Part shown: positions 61,385-64,000 of the stretch, one piece after another | Position numbering within the stretch: the first letter of the stretch is position 1 | Layout of the letters: each line of letters begins with the position of its first letter | From: Octopus sinensis | Taxonomy: Eukaryota | DNA: 64,000 nt | Reading direction: 5' to 3' | Assembly: GCF_006345805.1 (NCBI RefSeq) | Contig: NC_043007.1 | Span: 53,692,001-53,756,000, forward strand | Position numbers and translations under genes: made by a program | Notes under the pieces: model-generated | Told to the model about the DNA's origin: nothing | Seen by the model: only the letters and a program-made list of their open reading frames with translations | Database searches by the model: none

Positions 61385-63595
61385 TGTAGGACTTCTTTTA
61401 TAACTCTTGTAGGGAATTAGTAATAATGGTACACCCGCTTCCATATGACAAATGGATTAACCTAGTCATTATAAGTAAAGAGATGTACATGAAGTACAAG
61501 TGTATGTATGAGGCAGTCAGAGATAGTTGTGTCTTTACTGGTTTTACTAAGTATACTGTATACCGAAGCGGGTGTTATAACAATCCAACATTTTAAGGAT
61601 GATAACACTGGTGGTGACAAGGATTTAAACAACTCAGGATGAGTTAATAAACTCACAAAAGCTTTGGTTGTGCAAATTTTATGAAAAAAAATCATAAAAT
61701 TATGGAAAAATTTGGCCGGATTGCTCGAGTTGCAAAACAGCAATTGAAAGAACAACAGCCGAAGCAACAACAACAGCAAATACAATTGCAAGAGTAACAA
61801 CAGAAGCAACAACAACAACAAATAATATTACAGCAACAAATGCTGCAATTACTGAAGTCATCAGGAAAGTTAGAAAAAGTATACTCGACAGACTGTGTCA
61901 CAAACTCCATAACAGAGTTCAAATATGAACCTGATGAAGGCATTACCTTTGAAGCATATGAGCAAGTCTTTGAGAAAGAATGTGAAGATTGGAATGTTGA
62001 GATAAAAATGCACTTAATCTTGAGAAAACTGGTGGCAACAGAACATGAACAATACAATAATTATGTACTCCCAAGAAAACCTTTGGTCATAAACTTTAAT
62101 GCTTATATTGTGTAAAATTTTCAGTGAAAAGAGCTCATTATTCAACACATGGAAGTGTCTGAACAAAGAGAAAAACGATGAGGATTACATCACATATGCT
62201 GGTAGAGTAAACAGGGAATGTGAGAAGTTTAAGCTGTGTAAATTAATGTCAGACGTGTTCAAATGTCTGATTTTTACACAGGGACTTACTACTGAAAAGG
62301 ATGCAGAAGTTAGAACTAGAATACTCGCAAAGCTGAAACAAAACCAGGATCCAACCTATTGTAACCTATTGTTACTCATCACCAATTACTGTAGTATCAC
62401 CACTATTTATGATGATACTTGTTTACACCATAACCGTGTAATAACAATAAACATATAACGAAGCAGGGTAACAATGTAACAATCCAACAAACTCTCCACG
62501 AACCAACAAATGAAATTCCGACAAACTACCAAAATGATACCTTAAGTTTGGTCAAATCTATTCTTGCAGAGGGTGTCATGATTCTCACCACAACATAACC
62601 CTACAGCAAGTGTCAGAGGAATGTGAAAGAATGGTGAAATTAAGACATGACAGAAGAATTCAAACAGAAAGATTGTTTCCAAGTAAAACAAATGCAAAAT
62701 AGTCAGAATAGAGATAAAGTGTTTTCTAAAAAACATTACAAAAATCAGGAAACCCATGTTTTGCATGTGGAGGTATACACTGGAGGAAAAATTGTCCATT
62801 TACGAAAGCGGAGTGTTTTCGTTGTGGTAATATCAACATATAAAGATGCCCTGTAGAGCAATGACAAAACATCAGAACAAAGGAAAAAGAATAAATAGCA
62901 TGACATTAGAAGAAATTGGTAATATAATGATGAAAAAATTCATGAAGGTGAAAATCAGAAATACAAATGTTAGAATGCAATTAGACACTGGTTGTGATAT
63001 CATCATTATAAACAAAAAAACATGGAAATATGTCAGTAAGCCGAAATTAATTAAATCTAAAAAAGTAGCACATGGTGTTACAGGAAAAAGATTATTTTTT
63101 TCAGTGAATTTGCATGTAATGTAACATTTCGAGGTCAAATGAAAAAGGCAAGGATATATGTATTAAAAGATTCACTTAATCTATTTGACAGAGAGTGGAT
63201 GGAACTATTCAAAGTATGAAATATACCCATAAGTGTTTTGTGTGGAAATATAGTTGGTTCAGTCAATGGTTTGAATGTGGCTGAGGGAATGAAAGAAAAA
63301 AATTGCAGTAAAACAGTGTGGAACAACTGTATGTAAGTCAAAATAAAATGAATAATTGTCCATGATAAAAAGTAAACATTGTTCAAAAGTAGATGTTCTG
63401 TGGTCGAAATTACACATCAATCTTGCTGATCCTTTAAACAGTTCTTAATGGTAATTGATAGTTTTTTTTTAAATGGCCTGGAAAAAAACAACCTCTTCAA
63501 CAGTGATAAATTTTTCACATGAATTGTTTTGGCATCTCAGAAAAGATAGTGTATGACAATGGAACACAATTTGTGTCTTTTGAAATTAAAAAAAG
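61385..63595 (+). mobile_element. Decayed Gypsy (Mag-like) LTR retrotransposon fragment
   Basis: Putative LTR TGTAGG...ATAACA (61385-61607), PBS-like TGGTGACAAGGA; gag with polyQ, ITEFKYEPDEGITFEAY, YAGRVNRECEKF..FKCLIF.QGL; CCHC knuckles; protease MQLDTGCDI; integrase scrap DNGTQFVS. Confidence 0.8.
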
Positions 63596-63730
63596 GGCAT
63601 CCTACCATAGAAACCATGCTTAAACAGACATAGAGCCCAGACAGCTCTTCAGCTGGCCAACTCCTGTCAAACCATTCAACCCATGCCAGCATGGAAAACA
63701 GATGTTAAATGATGATGATGATGATGATGA
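63595..63730 (+). mobile_element. RTE 3' end fragment
   Basis: GGGCATCC...CAACCCATGCCAGCATGGAAAACAGATGTTAAA(TGA)n. Confidence 0.75.
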
Positions 63731-64000
63731 TATACACATACACATATGTCCGTACTTACATGCATACATATATATATTCAATTACGAATTATGCATATAC
63801 ACACACACATATATATATATATATACACATATATACATATATATACCCATACGCATATCATACACAAACATATATACACATACACACATCATCATTGTTT
63901 AACATCCATCTTCCATGCTGGTATAGGTTGAATGGTTTGACAGGATAGGCATAAGTATAGGCATATACGCTCATATAAATTTTGTTTTAATTATTAGTAT

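Overview
AT-rich, microsatellite- and transposon-saturated animal genomic DNA. The SINE/RTE repeat families look like those of octopod cephalopods (Octopus-like); this is inferred from repeat character only. I can support one host-gene segment: a terminal coding exon at 12856-13035 (+), too short for the ORF track, whose peptide matches the C-terminus of phosphonopyruvate decarboxylase (2-aminoethylphosphonate/phosphonolipid pathway). The rest is nested mobile DNA: a CR1/L2-type LINE with a PHD-finger ORF1, a Merlin (IS1595-like) transposon with very long TIRs, mariner and Tc1 relics, RTE LINEs, three Gypsy-type LTR elements, tandem Helitrons, tRNA-derived SINEs, and many Penelope-like element (PLE) fragments arranged as asymmetric foldbacks in (TA)n tracts. 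The main hidden signal is about 14 recognisable (plus about 8 decayed) type I hammerhead ribozyme motifs in these PLE termini. Five of them, from three loci and two unrelated families, carry a compensatory U3-A8 core (UUGANAA instead of CUGANGA), and several have very long (50-100 nt) stem II insertions. All calls were made by eye; no alignments, folding or database searches were run, and repeat boundaries are approximate.
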